DNA of 64,000 nucleotides from an uncultured Muribaculaceae bacterium (GTDB lineage: Bacteria > Bacteroidota > Bacteroidia > Bacteroidales > UBA932), in assembly GCA_964385835.1 (NCBI GenBank), contig CAYLQE010000004.1:24080-88079 (forward strand), written 5' to 3'. Shown here piece after piece: positions 10,401-20,080 of this stretch (position 1 is the stretch's first letter; every line of letters begins with the position of its first letter). The notes beneath the pieces were generated by a model. It made no database searches. It worked only from the letters and a program-made list of their open reading frames with translations, and was not told the DNA's origin. The position numbers and the translations under genes are program-made.

Positions 10401-11477
10401 CAGGGTTATCTTCCCATTTGGAGCCTGTGGGGACAGGAAACCCACTGCATGATAGGAAATCATGCGGTTCCAAGCATCGTTGAGGCTTATCTCAAGGGAT
10501 ACGGAGGCTTCGATGCCGAGAGGGCCTATCGGGCAGTGAAGGCCTCGCTTACCGTGAACCATCCGCGTTCGTCACAGTTCGACGTGCTGGACGAATACGG
10601 CTACTATCCTTTTGACATCGTGGAACGGGAGTCCGTATCGCGCACTATGGAGATGTGCTATGACGATTATTGCGCCTCCGTCTTCGCGAAAGCCCTGGGC
10701 CATGACGAAGATGCGGAGTATTTCGGCAGACGCTCGCTCAACTGGCTGAATCTCTTCGATCCTGAAAGCAAGCTCGTGCGCGGCAAGGATTCCAAAGGCG
10801 GGTGGAGGACTCCGTTCGACCGTTTCCGTCTCTCGCATGCAGCGACTTCCGGGGGCGACTATACGGAGGGCAATGCATGGCAGTACACCTGGCATGTGCA
10901 GCAGGACCCTGAGAGGCTTGTCGCTCTGCTCGGCGGAGCAGACAGTTTCGAAACGAAGCTGGATTCCCTTTTCTTCCTCGATAACGTAAGTTCCGCGAAT
11001 GCAGGATTCGTGGGTGATGTGACCGGACTTATCGGCCAGTACGCTCATGGCAACGAGCCGAGCCACCATGTGGCCTATCTTTACCAGTTCGCCGGAAAGC
11101 CATGGAAGACCGAGGCCCTGATACGCGAGATTTTCGACCGCTTCTACCGTCCTCTACCGGACGGACTGTGCGGAAACGATGACTGCGGACAGATGTCGGC
11201 ATGGTATATTTTCTCCGCCATGGGATTCTACCCCGTAGATCCGGTGAGCCTTGAATATGTGCTGGGCGCACCTCAGATTGAGGCTATGACGCTTAAACTT
11301 GCCGGCGGCCGGACTTTCACCGTCCGTGCGAAAGGACTCTCCGCAGAGAACAGGTATGTTGAAAGCGTGACCCTCAACGGAAAGCCTTTGGACGGCTTCA
11401 AGATCACCCACAGGGATATTATGGACGGCGGAGTCCTTGAATTCACGATGACTTCCGAACCAGGGAAAAGAAAATGA
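7452..11477 (+). CDS. FAD-dependent oxidoreductase fused to a GH92 alpha-mannosidase
   Basis: N-terminal DVVVVGGTPGG, FIDATYEGD, YVREGRR, RMEP; C-terminal GHTFPGA..PFGMVQ, FSLWDTYRA, HGNEPSHH, GNDDCGQMSAW; one continuous frame. Confidence 0.9.
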   Translation: MKKQLTAWIVILMSCVAASASASYDVVVVGGTPGGITAAVAAAREGKNVLVLERGSHLGGLPANGLGATDITTRGATTGLFTEFVNRNKEYYVSTYGAGSEQVKVCSDGYHFEPSVAERTLLSMIGDYGSLITVLYNRQFDSDPANVIMDGDRIRSVRILDRTDGSTELYEAGIFIDATYEGDLGAAANVPYRVGRESRAEYGEPCAGKIYRHWGVQFGGGTASRFNGYDGFESEGTTYQGDNAVQAYNYRLCLTADKDNMRPVTRPENYDREEYASIVEDVWTGRHTGIQMESVTPEQMEANRRAIKAGGRTTVPGDPWGMAKVTNMVALPNSKTDANNQHMAFLSTDLPEENWAWPTASWEWRDRFAKRLRDYTLGLLWFVQNDKELPASFRKECRRWGLSSTEYTDNDNFPRQVYVREGRRLEGTYFFTANDAIPVADGQRPPVHQDAVTASHYALDSHACLKREEGRAHLDGFFGYESRPYNVPLGVMVPKTVSNLLFPVAVSGSHIGFSTMRMEPCWMALGEAAGVAAAQAIERGVSVQDIDVIAVQGVLADKGATLVYYSDVQPGHPDFKMVQMMGVRGYLPEWKADIDAELSEDDIRAWSGLSGMRLPEGMKTRREALYYIWFRLFAGEDLCRYADPLVGTADNGHTFPGACMPFGMVQPGPDSGNCRWEYTAGFNIADSTLIGFSQTHLNGTGCSDLGDILILPYSTAEPLHDTPYVKESLYSSPGYCSVSFRNGIGVEMTATPHVSLYRMDYAGGDRKLYVDFQNGNVNGPGNLLFHVLEASVDYEDGGTISGMLRTRNWTERIWYFVMEFSEPYLRRTMLPLDPKEKADKVLLEFAPGAGPLEVKIAMSTVSAEAARASMRSEAPAWNFDAARNAAHIRWHGLLSRVETKGTVEQKKNVYTGLYHLYVQPNVISDPDGSYRDAKKNVRKAGHGVFYSTFSLWDTYRAANPLYTILNPEMVDDFVLSMLEQYDAQGYLPIWSLWGQETHCMIGNHAVPSIVEAYLKGYGGFDAERAYRAVKASLTVNHPRSSQFDVLDEYGYYPFDIVERESVSRTMEMCYDDYCASVFAKALGHDEDAEYFGRRSLNWLNLFDPESKLVRGKDSKGGWRTPFDRFRLSHAATSGGDYTEGNAWQYTWHVQQDPERLVALLGGADSFETKLDSLFFLDNVSSANAGFVGDVTGLIGQYAHGNEPSHHVAYLYQFAGKPWKTEALIREIFDRFYRPLPDGLCGNDDCGQMSAWYIFSAMGFYPVDPVSLEYVLGAPQIEAMTLKLAGGRTFTVRAKGLSAENRYVESVTLNGKPLDGFKITHRDIMDGGVLEFTMTSEPGKRK

Positions 11478-13678
11478 AAAGAACAGTAAAGACAGCCGCG
11501 GCCCTGATTATGTGCTCCGTGCTTTTCTCGTGCGCGGAAAAAAAGGAATATGTGGATTATGTGAATCCTTATGTGGGAGGCATAAGCCACCTGCTTGTGC
11601 CGGCCCTGCCTACGGTACAGCTGCCGAACGGCATGCTGCGCGTGTATCCTGACAGAAAGGACTATACCGCCGAATATGTGGAAGGCCTCCCTGTTGCCGT
11701 TACAAACCACAGGGAGCGCTCCGCATTCAAGCTGTGGCCGTTATCCGGAAACAGTCCTTGCACAGGAATTCAGCGCTACAATTATGACAACGAGCATATA
11801 ACCCCTTACGGATTCGATGTGGATCTTGCAGACAATACCGTTCATGCTTCCTATGCCCTGTCGTACCGGTCCGCCGTGTATGAAATCGATTTCAGGGATA
11901 CGGACAGCGCTTCCCTGGCCATTTACACTCCTGACGGACAGCTTTATGCGGGTGAAAACTGCGTTTACGGCTGGCAGCGGCTTCCGAACGACACGCGGGT
12001 GTATCTATATATGGAGAGCGGAACGGCTCCATCTTGCGTGGAAGAAGCGAGCCTGAACGGCAATGGCTCATGCGTGAGAATGACATGGCCGCGCGGATGC
12101 CGGAAGCTGCGCCTGCGCTACGGCATATCACTCATCGATACGGATCAGGCGAAAGCCAACCTGCGCCGCGAGATCGGCAGCTATGATGTGGCGCAGGTAG
12201 CGGAGGCCGGCCGCAAGGCGTGGAACGAGGCTCTGGGACGCATAGAGGTCAGGGGAGGGACGGACGAGGAACTGGAAACCTTCTATTCATTCTACTACCG
12301 CACTTTCGAACGTCCCGTATGCATCAGCGAGGACGGCCGTTATTTCAGCGCCTCCGATCATCAGGTGCATGAGGACGCGCGCCCGTTCTATACGGACGAC
12401 TGGCTGTGGGATACTTATCGCGCGGCTCATCCCCTGCGTTCTCTGACGGATGCCGCGGCTGAGGAAGACATAATATCCTCATTCCTGCGCATGGCGGTGC
12501 AGAAAGGGGATATGTGGATGCCTACCTTCCCCGAGATAAACGGGGATTCCCGGCGCATGAACAGCAATCACGGCATTCCTGTCGTGGCCGAGGCGCTCGC
12601 CCTGGGGCTTGACATCGACCTCGGCACCGCGTATGAGATATGTTCGCGGGCCGTCGACGAAAAGACCCTCGCTCCATGGTCCGGCAATCCTGCCGGATGG
12701 ATAGACGGCTTCTATAAGGAACACCGCTATATTCCGGCCCTCGCTCCGGGAGAAAAGGAAAGCGATCCGAATGTGCATCCGCTGGAAAAGCGTCAGCCTG
12801 TGGCCGTTACCCTCGGCACCGCATACGACCAGTGGTGCCTGTCTCTGATGGCCGCGGATCTCGGCATGGACAGGGAAAGCGCAGTGAGGGCGGATTACGC
12901 GACCGGATACCGCTCCATTTTCAACCCGGAAACACGCTTCTTTCATCCGAAAGACAAATACGGCCGCTGGATTCCTGACATCGACTACAGTTTCTGCGGA
13001 GGCATGGGAGCGCGCGAGTACTATGGTGAGAACAACGCATGGGTGTACCGCTGGGATGTGCCCCACAATATCGCGGACCTTGTGGCGATGATGGGCGGCG
13101 AAGAAGAATTCTGCGCCGAACTTGACCGCACCTTCTCCACGCCTCTCGGCAGGCCAAAATTCGAATTCTATTCAATGCTTCCGGACCATACAGGCAATGT
13201 GGGACAGTTCTCCATGGCTAACGAGCCTTCCCTGCATGTGCCATATCTGTACAACTATGCCGGCAAGCCCTGGAAAACCCAGAAACGCATACGCCAGATG
13301 CTGCATACATGGTTCAGGAACGATCTCATGGGCATTCCCGGCGACGAGGACGGCGGCGGAATGAGCGCGTTCGCCGTATTCTCATACCTGGGATTCTATC
13401 CTGTCACGCCAGGCACCGCCACCTATAATATAGGGTCTCCGGTATTTCCCGAGACGCTCATGCATCTTGGCAACGGCAACACCCTGAGAATCGTGGCGCG
13501 GAACGTCAGCTTCGACAACAAGTATATTCAGAGCGCCACCTTGAACGGCAGACCCTGGAACAAACCGTGGTTCAGCTATGAGGATGTGAAGGACGGAGCT
13601 CTCATCATTCTGGAGATGGGCCCGCTTCCGAACAGGGAGTGGGGACTGGAATGCCCGCCTCCTTCAGCGGGATTATGA
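11474..13678 (+). CDS. Glycoside hydrolase family 92 lipoprotein
   Basis: Lipobox LFSC; WLWDTYRA, NEPSLHVPY, GDEDGGGMSA. Confidence 0.9.
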   Translation: MKRTVKTAAALIMCSVLFSCAEKKEYVDYVNPYVGGISHLLVPALPTVQLPNGMLRVYPDRKDYTAEYVEGLPVAVTNHRERSAFKLWPLSGNSPCTGIQRYNYDNEHITPYGFDVDLADNTVHASYALSYRSAVYEIDFRDTDSASLAIYTPDGQLYAGENCVYGWQRLPNDTRVYLYMESGTAPSCVEEASLNGNGSCVRMTWPRGCRKLRLRYGISLIDTDQAKANLRREIGSYDVAQVAEAGRKAWNEALGRIEVRGGTDEELETFYSFYYRTFERPVCISEDGRYFSASDHQVHEDARPFYTDDWLWDTYRAAHPLRSLTDAAAEEDIISSFLRMAVQKGDMWMPTFPEINGDSRRMNSNHGIPVVAEALALGLDIDLGTAYEICSRAVDEKTLAPWSGNPAGWIDGFYKEHRYIPALAPGEKESDPNVHPLEKRQPVAVTLGTAYDQWCLSLMAADLGMDRESAVRADYATGYRSIFNPETRFFHPKDKYGRWIPDIDYSFCGGMGAREYYGENNAWVYRWDVPHNIADLVAMMGGEEEFCAELDRTFSTPLGRPKFEFYSMLPDHTGNVGQFSMANEPSLHVPYLYNYAGKPWKTQKRIRQMLHTWFRNDLMGIPGDEDGGGMSAFAVFSYLGFYPVTPGTATYNIGSPVFPETLMHLGNGNTLRIVARNVSFDNKYIQSATLNGRPWNKPWFSYEDVKDGALIILEMGPLPNREWGLECPPPSAGL

Positions 13679-13779
13679 CGCTTTCTGAGTATATAATCAA
13701 ATAAAAATCACCGTATTAATGTTCGCGTTAATCCGGATGTTAATCGCGTGCTCTTATTTTTATGGAAAAAAACGGACAC

Positions 13780-14367
13780 ATGAAAAAATCAATTATGACT
13801 TTTGCCTTGCTTTCCTGCCTTTGCTTTGTCTCAAAGGCTCAGGTTTTCGAGGAGACAATGGGTACGATTCCGGTAGAAATGACCGTATCGGACCTCAATG
13901 CTGAAAAAGGCTTTGCCAACAGCGACAGATTCACTTATCAGGGCGACGCCCTTATCCAGCCTTTCGGCGCTTCTCCAAATAACACAGATTATGTCACCAT
14001 GCTCGGCTCGCAGCCTTCATTGGGCATGAACGTCCGTATCTCGGACAAGCATGACTGCTATTTCCAGATCAACGGCATCAATACCATGGGAATGAAAAAG
14101 CCTGTGGCCGGCTTCGCCGTACTCAAGGGCGTGCAGCGCTTCGACGGCACGGATCTGGCCGTAGAGTACTCTACCGACGGCGTGGAGTGGAAAGAACTTT
14201 ATTTCGAGCCGCTTCCAACAGGCGAGGGTACCGCCCTCGTGTTCATGTACCGCAAGACTTCACCGCTGCCGAACGCGCCTGTACTCTGCCTGCGCTTCCG
14301 CCAGAACGGTTACGGCTGCGTTTTCAGAATCGATGATGTCTGCGTGGCTCCCAAAGGAAAGAAATGA
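13780..14367 (+). CDS. Exported hypothetical protein (beta-sandwich-like)
   Basis: MKK signal peptide from ATG 13780; VEYSTDG..W and FRIDDV segments. Confidence 0.6.
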   Translation: MKKSIMTFALLSCLCFVSKAQVFEETMGTIPVEMTVSDLNAEKGFANSDRFTYQGDALIQPFGASPNNTDYVTMLGSQPSLGMNVRISDKHDCYFQINGINTMGMKKPVAGFAVLKGVQRFDGTDLAVEYSTDGVEWKELYFEPLPTGEGTALVFMYRKTSPLPNAPVLCLRFRQNGYGCVFRIDDVCVAPKGKK

Positions 14368-14390
14368 CAGGACTGTAAAATCAACTGGCA

Positions 14391-14528
14391 ATGAACGGGA
14401 CAATCATATCTTTTGAATACGAGGCTCCTTCGATGGAGCTTATTGACAGCATGGACATTCAGGTCCTGTGCAACAGCAATGATTCCACAAACGAATCATT
14501 TATAGAAGATGATCCTATCGTATGGTAA
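14391..14528 (+). CDS. 45-aa acidic peptide MNGTIISFEYEAPSMELIDSMDIQVLCNSNDSTNESFIEDDPIVW
   Basis: Translated by hand; fills the gap between two co-oriented genes; YxAP..E..LCxS..W pattern. Confidence 0.65.
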   Translation: MNGTIISFEYEAPSMELIDSMDIQVLCNSNDSTNESFIEDDPIVW

Positions 14529-14547
14529 TCTGAAAGGAGGACGAAAC

Positions 14548-16152
14548 ATGAAACTCGCTAAAATCTTTTTCGCGGCCGCACTCGCCGCAACGTTGTTCTC
14601 CTGTACGAAGGACAATTCAGGCATTTCCGGCAAAACCTCTTTTACCGTGGACCTGCTTTCCGAGATTCCGTCTGATCCGAAACCGGCCCTCGATACGGAC
14701 GGCTCTACGGTGATCTTCAACGCCGGCGACATGGTAAGCGTGTTCGACGGCACGGACAACAACCTCTTCACTACCGCAGAGGGCGGCGTTCAGGCCAGGT
14801 TCTCCGGAACCGCGGCTCAGGATGCGCCCAGATACGTGATTGTAAGCCCTTACGACCCTGACCTTACTGTCAACGGCTCCGTTGTTACATACCAGATTCC
14901 GGAAGTCCAGACGGCGACACCGGGCACGGCCGACCCGAAAGCCCTCGTAAGTGCGGGAACAGCCCTGAAACTGGGAAGCGGCTCCGTACAGCTATACAAT
15001 GCCGTTTCTCTCGTTAAGGTAATCGTGCCCGAAGGGCTTGCCGTAAAGGAAATCCAGGTGGGCGGCGGCAAAGGCTGCAACATAGCGATCGCCGGAACCT
15101 ATACTTTCAACGCCCAGGACCATAACATCGGTCTTGTGGACGGACGCACCTCGATCACGATGATTCCGCAGGAAGGCCGGACGACCATTGCACCGGGTAC
15201 ATATTATATAGTGGTGCGTCCGAAGTCGAAATACGACAACGGTCTCGCGCTCGCCTATGTAAATGAGCACGGACGGCTGTGCAAGCGCACCACCTCAAAC
15301 GCGGTCGATATCGTGCGCGGCCATATCCTTCCGCTCGGCACGCTCAACGTGAACGACTTCGCCGAGAATACAGGTACGGCGGTCCTCAGGACTTCGGGCG
15401 ACGAGGTGCAGTTCACCGGACGTCTGAAGAAACTGGCCGGCGGCAGCGGCACCGCGACGGAGGTCAATGACAATATCGAGCATATCGTCATTCAGGCCCA
15501 TTCGTTGTGGGACGGCAATTTCAACAATAACGCCAATGTCGTATCCAGCGGCAAAGGAAATACGAACATCTTCGCCTATGTCAAGGGCAATACGGTATAT
15601 GTGCGCACGGAAGCGTCCGTGATCCGGCTTCAGAGCGCGAGCAACTATCTGTTCAGGGATTTCAGGGCCTTGAAGAGCGTTACTTTCAATAACGTGCATA
15701 CTGAAAGCTCGACTTCCTTCGAAAGGATGTTCTCGGGCTGCACTTCCCTTGAAAGCGTGGACTTCGGCGACTGCGATTTCTCGGACGTAAGGGACATGCA
15801 GTTCATGTTCCAGGGCCTTTCGTCGCTCAGGAGCGTAAGGTTCGGCAAGACTTCCTCAGCTTCCGTTACCAATTTCAAGGGCATGTTCATGGAATGCACC
15901 AATGTTACCGAACTTGATTTCGGTCCTGATTTCACGGTGACTCATCTTGCGGACAAGTCGATGTGCAACAATATGTTCTACAATACCGCACGTGATTCCA
16001 ACGCCGCAGCAGGAGCTGATCCGACAAAGAAATGCCGCCTCTGCATGTCCCAGGCCGAGTATGATGAGCTGCGCCAGGATCAAGGCGGCTCGTGCAGCAA
16101 TTCAGCCTTGAATCCGGCACGCTTCTATTTTGTTCCGCTCGTGGCCGAATAG
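14548..16152 (+). CDS. Lipoprotein with fimbrillin-like N-terminus and BspA/DUF285-type repeats
   Basis: Lipobox LFSC after GGAGG; repeats MFSGCTSL, MFQGLSSL, MFMECTNV. Confidence 0.7.
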   Translation: MKLAKIFFAAALAATLFSCTKDNSGISGKTSFTVDLLSEIPSDPKPALDTDGSTVIFNAGDMVSVFDGTDNNLFTTAEGGVQARFSGTAAQDAPRYVIVSPYDPDLTVNGSVVTYQIPEVQTATPGTADPKALVSAGTALKLGSGSVQLYNAVSLVKVIVPEGLAVKEIQVGGGKGCNIAIAGTYTFNAQDHNIGLVDGRTSITMIPQEGRTTIAPGTYYIVVRPKSKYDNGLALAYVNEHGRLCKRTTSNAVDIVRGHILPLGTLNVNDFAENTGTAVLRTSGDEVQFTGRLKKLAGGSGTATEVNDNIEHIVIQAHSLWDGNFNNNANVVSSGKGNTNIFAYVKGNTVYVRTEASVIRLQSASNYLFRDFRALKSVTFNNVHTESSTSFERMFSGCTSLESVDFGDCDFSDVRDMQFMFQGLSSLRSVRFGKTSSASVTNFKGMFMECTNVTELDFGPDFTVTHLADKSMCNNMFYNTARDSNAAAGADPTKKCRLCMSQAEYDELRQDQGGSCSNSALNPARFYFVPLVAE

Positions 16153-16171
16153 GCCGGTTCTTGTTTCAGCA

Positions 16172-18562
16172 ATGAGAAAAGCAGCCGCAGTACTGACCGC
16201 CCTTGCGCTCCTGTTGTCGTGCGACAGGGCGGCCGTGCGGCCTGAGCCTGTCCCGCCTCCGGGACCGGAGCCTGTTCCTGAACCCGAGCCGAACGCCATT
16301 CTCGCCCGCGGCGACCTGTTCAACCTTACTGTCAAGAAGATGGTGGACGGCAATATTTCATCGTGTATCGAAGATGACGATACTGTTACGGCATTCAGGC
16401 TTGTGACTGATGCTTCCGGCATGCCTCCTGGCGAATATGAAACGGTAAGCGATGCCCTGTCGCCGCATCCGGTGTATGCAAGGCTCGACGGCACGGAAAT
16501 AATCCTTTACACTCCAGCTCCAGGCATAGATTTCAACGAGAACTCGGCCGGGGTATTCCGCAATTTCACGGCTCTTAAGGATATTGATCTCACAGGATTC
16601 TGCGATGCAAGGGTGAAGGACTTCACACGTGCGTTCGCCCGCAGCGGCTTCGAGGTCCTCGACCTGCCTCAGCTCAGCGGCTCCAACATGGAGACCGTGG
16701 AGTATCTTTTCGAGAACAGTCCCGCACTCAGGGAAGTGCATATCAATAATTTCACCGGATCCTCCGTGACGGATTTCGGCTTTATGTTCAGCGGGTGCAG
16801 GGCATTGCGTAAGGTACAGATGAAGTCTGCCGATACTTCTTCGGGCACAGTCTTCAAAGGCATGTTCATGAACTGCGTCGCGCTTGCCGAGGCGGACCTT
16901 GGCTATTATTTCACGATCGGCGGTGTTACGGATGACGCGCTGCTGAACAATATGTGGGGCCGGGGCGCGGCACAGGAAAAATGCGACCTATACTGTACGC
17001 AGGAGACGTACGATGCCTTCGTAAGCAATGCCGGAAAGACTCGTATCGACATTTCCAGAACGGTGCATCATCCGCTTGAACGCGGAGTGTCCCTGCTTGG
17101 CCCGGATACCCTCCGTCTCGTCAGGGGCAATACCTCTTCGCTGCTTTTCCGTCTTGCACCTGCCGGCCTCCGCATATTGTCCGTAGAACTTGGAAACGCA
17201 CGGAATTTCACGTACTCTTATGCCCCGGCAGGGCAGGCAGGCGAATATATCCTTACCCTCAGGGACAGCGGCCTCTGTGCAGAATACAGCGAAGAAGTCA
17301 CCATGAACGTCAGGTGTGCCGGCGCCGCAGGAGACATTGGCCAATACTCCGCCTCCTTTACCGTCATGTCATCTGAGGTCAACAAGATAGATACCGGACT
17401 TCCCATAGTGTGCGTGGACACCCGTGACGGTGCTGAGATAAATGACAGGGAGACCTGGATCGGCGGCAGCATGATGACGATATACAATCCCGACCTGTCG
17501 GTATCGTACGCAGGAGACATCAGCATCAAAGGGCGTGGAAACAACACATGGCTGCACGCCAAGAAGCCATATTCCGTGAAACTGGACGCTAAATCGGAGA
17601 TTCTCGGCATGAAAGCCCACAAGCGCTGGTGTCTGCTGGCGAACTATGTGGACAGAACACTTATGAGGAACGAAGTGGCCTTCGAGATCTCGCGCAGGAC
17701 CTCTCTGGCTTATACTCCGTCAGGCAGGTTCGTGGAGCTGTTCCTTAACGGCGTGCACATGGGCAACTATTACCTGTGCGAGCAGATCAGGGTCAGCAAG
17801 AACAGGGTTGACGTGACTCCTCCTGAGCCCGGCGAGACTGATGCCGGCTATCTTTTCGAGATAGACAGCTACTATGACGAGACATACAAGTTCCGCACGG
17901 CATACAGGAACCTGCCTCTTCAGTTCAAGGACCCCGATGAGGTGGACGCCGCCCAGTTCGCCTATATGCAGGATTATATAAATGACATGGAGGCGTCACT
18001 GTATGAGGACGAAAGGTTCGCGGCCCGTGAATTCGAGCGGTACATGGACCTCCGTTCGTTCATAGACTATTATTTCGTCGTGGAGCTTGTCCAGAACAAT
18101 GACGCATGCGTTCCGAAAAGCGTTTTCATGCACAGGGACAAGGGCGGAAAGATGGTGGCCGGTCCTGTTTGGGACTATGATTACGGCACTTTCATAAAAG
18201 ACCCGCTCATGTATCTTTCCGATCCTGCCGCGCGCAGAACCGGCTACAACTTCATGTACCAGAGCAGCAGCCACGGCCATTATTACGGCCGGCTGATGCA
18301 GGACAGGGAATTCAAGAAACTGATGCAGGAACGTTGGATGGCCCTCAGGGACGACCTCGCTACAATTCCTGACTTCGTGGACAGGACAGCTGCCGGTATA
18401 CGCGCATCGGAGGCTGTCAACCATGACATGTGGCCTATCGGTTCACGCAATACCTCCCACGATGAGACACTTTCATTCGACGAGGCCGTATCAAGGCTGA
18501 AAGAAGCCTATACCGGCAAATGGCAGTTCCTTGACGGCCAGATAAGCAAATGGCGCTTCTGA
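16172..18562 (+). CDS. Lipoprotein with BspA/DUF285 repeats and C-terminal CotH kinase domain
   Basis: Lipobox LLSC, Pro-Glu linker, KGRGNNTW..KKPYSVK, W.LLANY.D, GPVWDYD. Confidence 0.85.
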   Translation: MRKAAAVLTALALLLSCDRAAVRPEPVPPPGPEPVPEPEPNAILARGDLFNLTVKKMVDGNISSCIEDDDTVTAFRLVTDASGMPPGEYETVSDALSPHPVYARLDGTEIILYTPAPGIDFNENSAGVFRNFTALKDIDLTGFCDARVKDFTRAFARSGFEVLDLPQLSGSNMETVEYLFENSPALREVHINNFTGSSVTDFGFMFSGCRALRKVQMKSADTSSGTVFKGMFMNCVALAEADLGYYFTIGGVTDDALLNNMWGRGAAQEKCDLYCTQETYDAFVSNAGKTRIDISRTVHHPLERGVSLLGPDTLRLVRGNTSSLLFRLAPAGLRILSVELGNARNFTYSYAPAGQAGEYILTLRDSGLCAEYSEEVTMNVRCAGAAGDIGQYSASFTVMSSEVNKIDTGLPIVCVDTRDGAEINDRETWIGGSMMTIYNPDLSVSYAGDISIKGRGNNTWLHAKKPYSVKLDAKSEILGMKAHKRWCLLANYVDRTLMRNEVAFEISRRTSLAYTPSGRFVELFLNGVHMGNYYLCEQIRVSKNRVDVTPPEPGETDAGYLFEIDSYYDETYKFRTAYRNLPLQFKDPDEVDAAQFAYMQDYINDMEASLYEDERFAAREFERYMDLRSFIDYYFVVELVQNNDACVPKSVFMHRDKGGKMVAGPVWDYDYGTFIKDPLMYLSDPAARRTGYNFMYQSSSHGHYYGRLMQDREFKKLMQERWMALRDDLATIPDFVDRTAAGIRASEAVNHDMWPIGSRNTSHDETLSFDEAVSRLKEAYTGKWQFLDGQISKWRF

Positions 18563-18579
18563 AAAGCGCCATTTGAAAA

Positions 18580-19980
18580 TCAGAAAGCGTATCCTACGCC
18601 GATCGATACCCAGAGCTTGTCGCCCATATTGCGCCCTTTGGTACCAGGCAGGAGGTCATTGAGACATTTCGCGACCTCAACCGATGCGATGAAGTTCTCG
18701 TTCCAGCCGATCTTTACGCCGAGACCTATGTTGTGTACCGGAGTGTATACCATCCTGTTGTATTCTTCCCTCGTAAGATCCGGATTCTCTGTCGCGCGCA
18801 CAAAGGCGAAATGCTCGTCAGCCCTGTAAGGCTGGACCGTCATGCCCATGTCATAGAACGGGCATATTCCTACGTAGAAGAACTGTTTCCACAGCTTGAA
18901 GGACACCACCTTTATACGGAGATCGGCATTGAGCCACGCCACTCCGTCCGCGATTATGCGGTTCGCCAGCATGCCCCTTACCGAGTTGCTGGAACCCAGG
19001 CCCTCTGAGATCATCTGCCGCAGGATCAGCGTATTGATGTTCTGCTGCACGTAGAACGGCACGTCTCCGGCCAGTTTGCCCTGATATGCGAGATGATATG
19101 CGAACACCATTCCGCCGTCATTGGCCCAGTGTACCGGAAGCGTGATGTACTGGCGCATGTGGGCCGCGAGCTTCATGTATGATCCGCCGCTCTTGAAGAG
19201 GTTAGGGGAGCCGTACACGTATGCCTCCGCCCAGATGCCTTTGTTGGGAGCCGCCTCCTGGTCGCGCGAGTCATATACCAGACCGGCTTTCAGCTCTATG
19301 TTGTGGCCGCCGTCTTTCTCGTTCTGACGGATAAGTCCAGCGTCTACATACTGCCTGTAAAGCGTATTGTCGACAGCCGTGCCGTCTGTTTCATCGAAAT
19401 ATTTTTCGGCGAAACGTCCCTGTATGCTCTTTGTCCAGAATCCCCAGTATGCCACGCCTGCCGCCCATTGGAAGTTCGGCAGGATCTCGCCCTGGAAGTC
19501 GGCCAGCACGCGGACCATATTGCGGTTCAGTCCGTATTCGGAGGCTCCCCTCGGCTTGTTGTAAAGCTGTGCGGCACCGTTGAATCCGTAGAATGCGTAC
19601 AAAGGATCGTTGACATATGTCACGGAGCCGTTGAAACGTGTCTTGGGAATCAGGAATTTCGAGTCGTATGAAAGGTATGCGCGCGTACGTCCGTGCGTGA
19701 ACCATGAGCCTTCCCAGCCGATATCATGTATGGGCTGCGGATAGTGGCTGCCGTCGCCGTGGTAGTAGAAGTGTCCGAAAGCGCCTACCTGGAAGCCGAG
19801 ATCCGATGAGAATGACAGGCATGGCAGCGCGCTCCAGCTCCATCCGGTTTTTACTTTCAGAGTGTCCGATGCCGCCTCTTTCGCTTTCTTGCCGGCGGGA
19901 GCAGTCTTCGGCGCCTCGCCATAGGCATACGGCATACTTAGCCCTAACAGAATAAGGCCGCTGAGAAACATTTTTTTCAT
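18580..19980 (-). CDS. Omp85/BamA-TamA family outer-membrane protein
   Basis: MKK signal from 19980; YDSRD..P.KG, VRG motif, terminal Phe (GVGYAF). Confidence 0.75.
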   Translation of the reverse strand: MKKMFLSGLILLGLSMPYAYGEAPKTAPAGKKAKEAASDTLKVKTGWSWSALPCLSFSSDLGFQVGAFGHFYYHGDGSHYPQPIHDIGWEGSWFTHGRTRAYLSYDSKFLIPKTRFNGSVTYVNDPLYAFYGFNGAAQLYNKPRGASEYGLNRNMVRVLADFQGEILPNFQWAAGVAYWGFWTKSIQGRFAEKYFDETDGTAVDNTLYRQYVDAGLIRQNEKDGGHNIELKAGLVYDSRDQEAAPNKGIWAEAYVYGSPNLFKSGGSYMKLAAHMRQYITLPVHWANDGGMVFAYHLAYQGKLAGDVPFYVQQNINTLILRQMISEGLGSSNSVRGMLANRIIADGVAWLNADLRIKVVSFKLWKQFFYVGICPFYDMGMTVQPYRADEHFAFVRATENPDLTREEYNRMVYTPVHNIGLGVKIGWNENFIASVEVAKCLNDLLPGTKGRNMGDKLWVSIGVGYAF

Positions 19981-20080
19981 ATTATATCCGTTGACGGAGT
20001 CCGGAAGCGACTCCATGTTAATATTCTGGGAAACTGTCTGAAGCTGTAGCCTGAACCTGAATGATGATTTAAGACAACTT

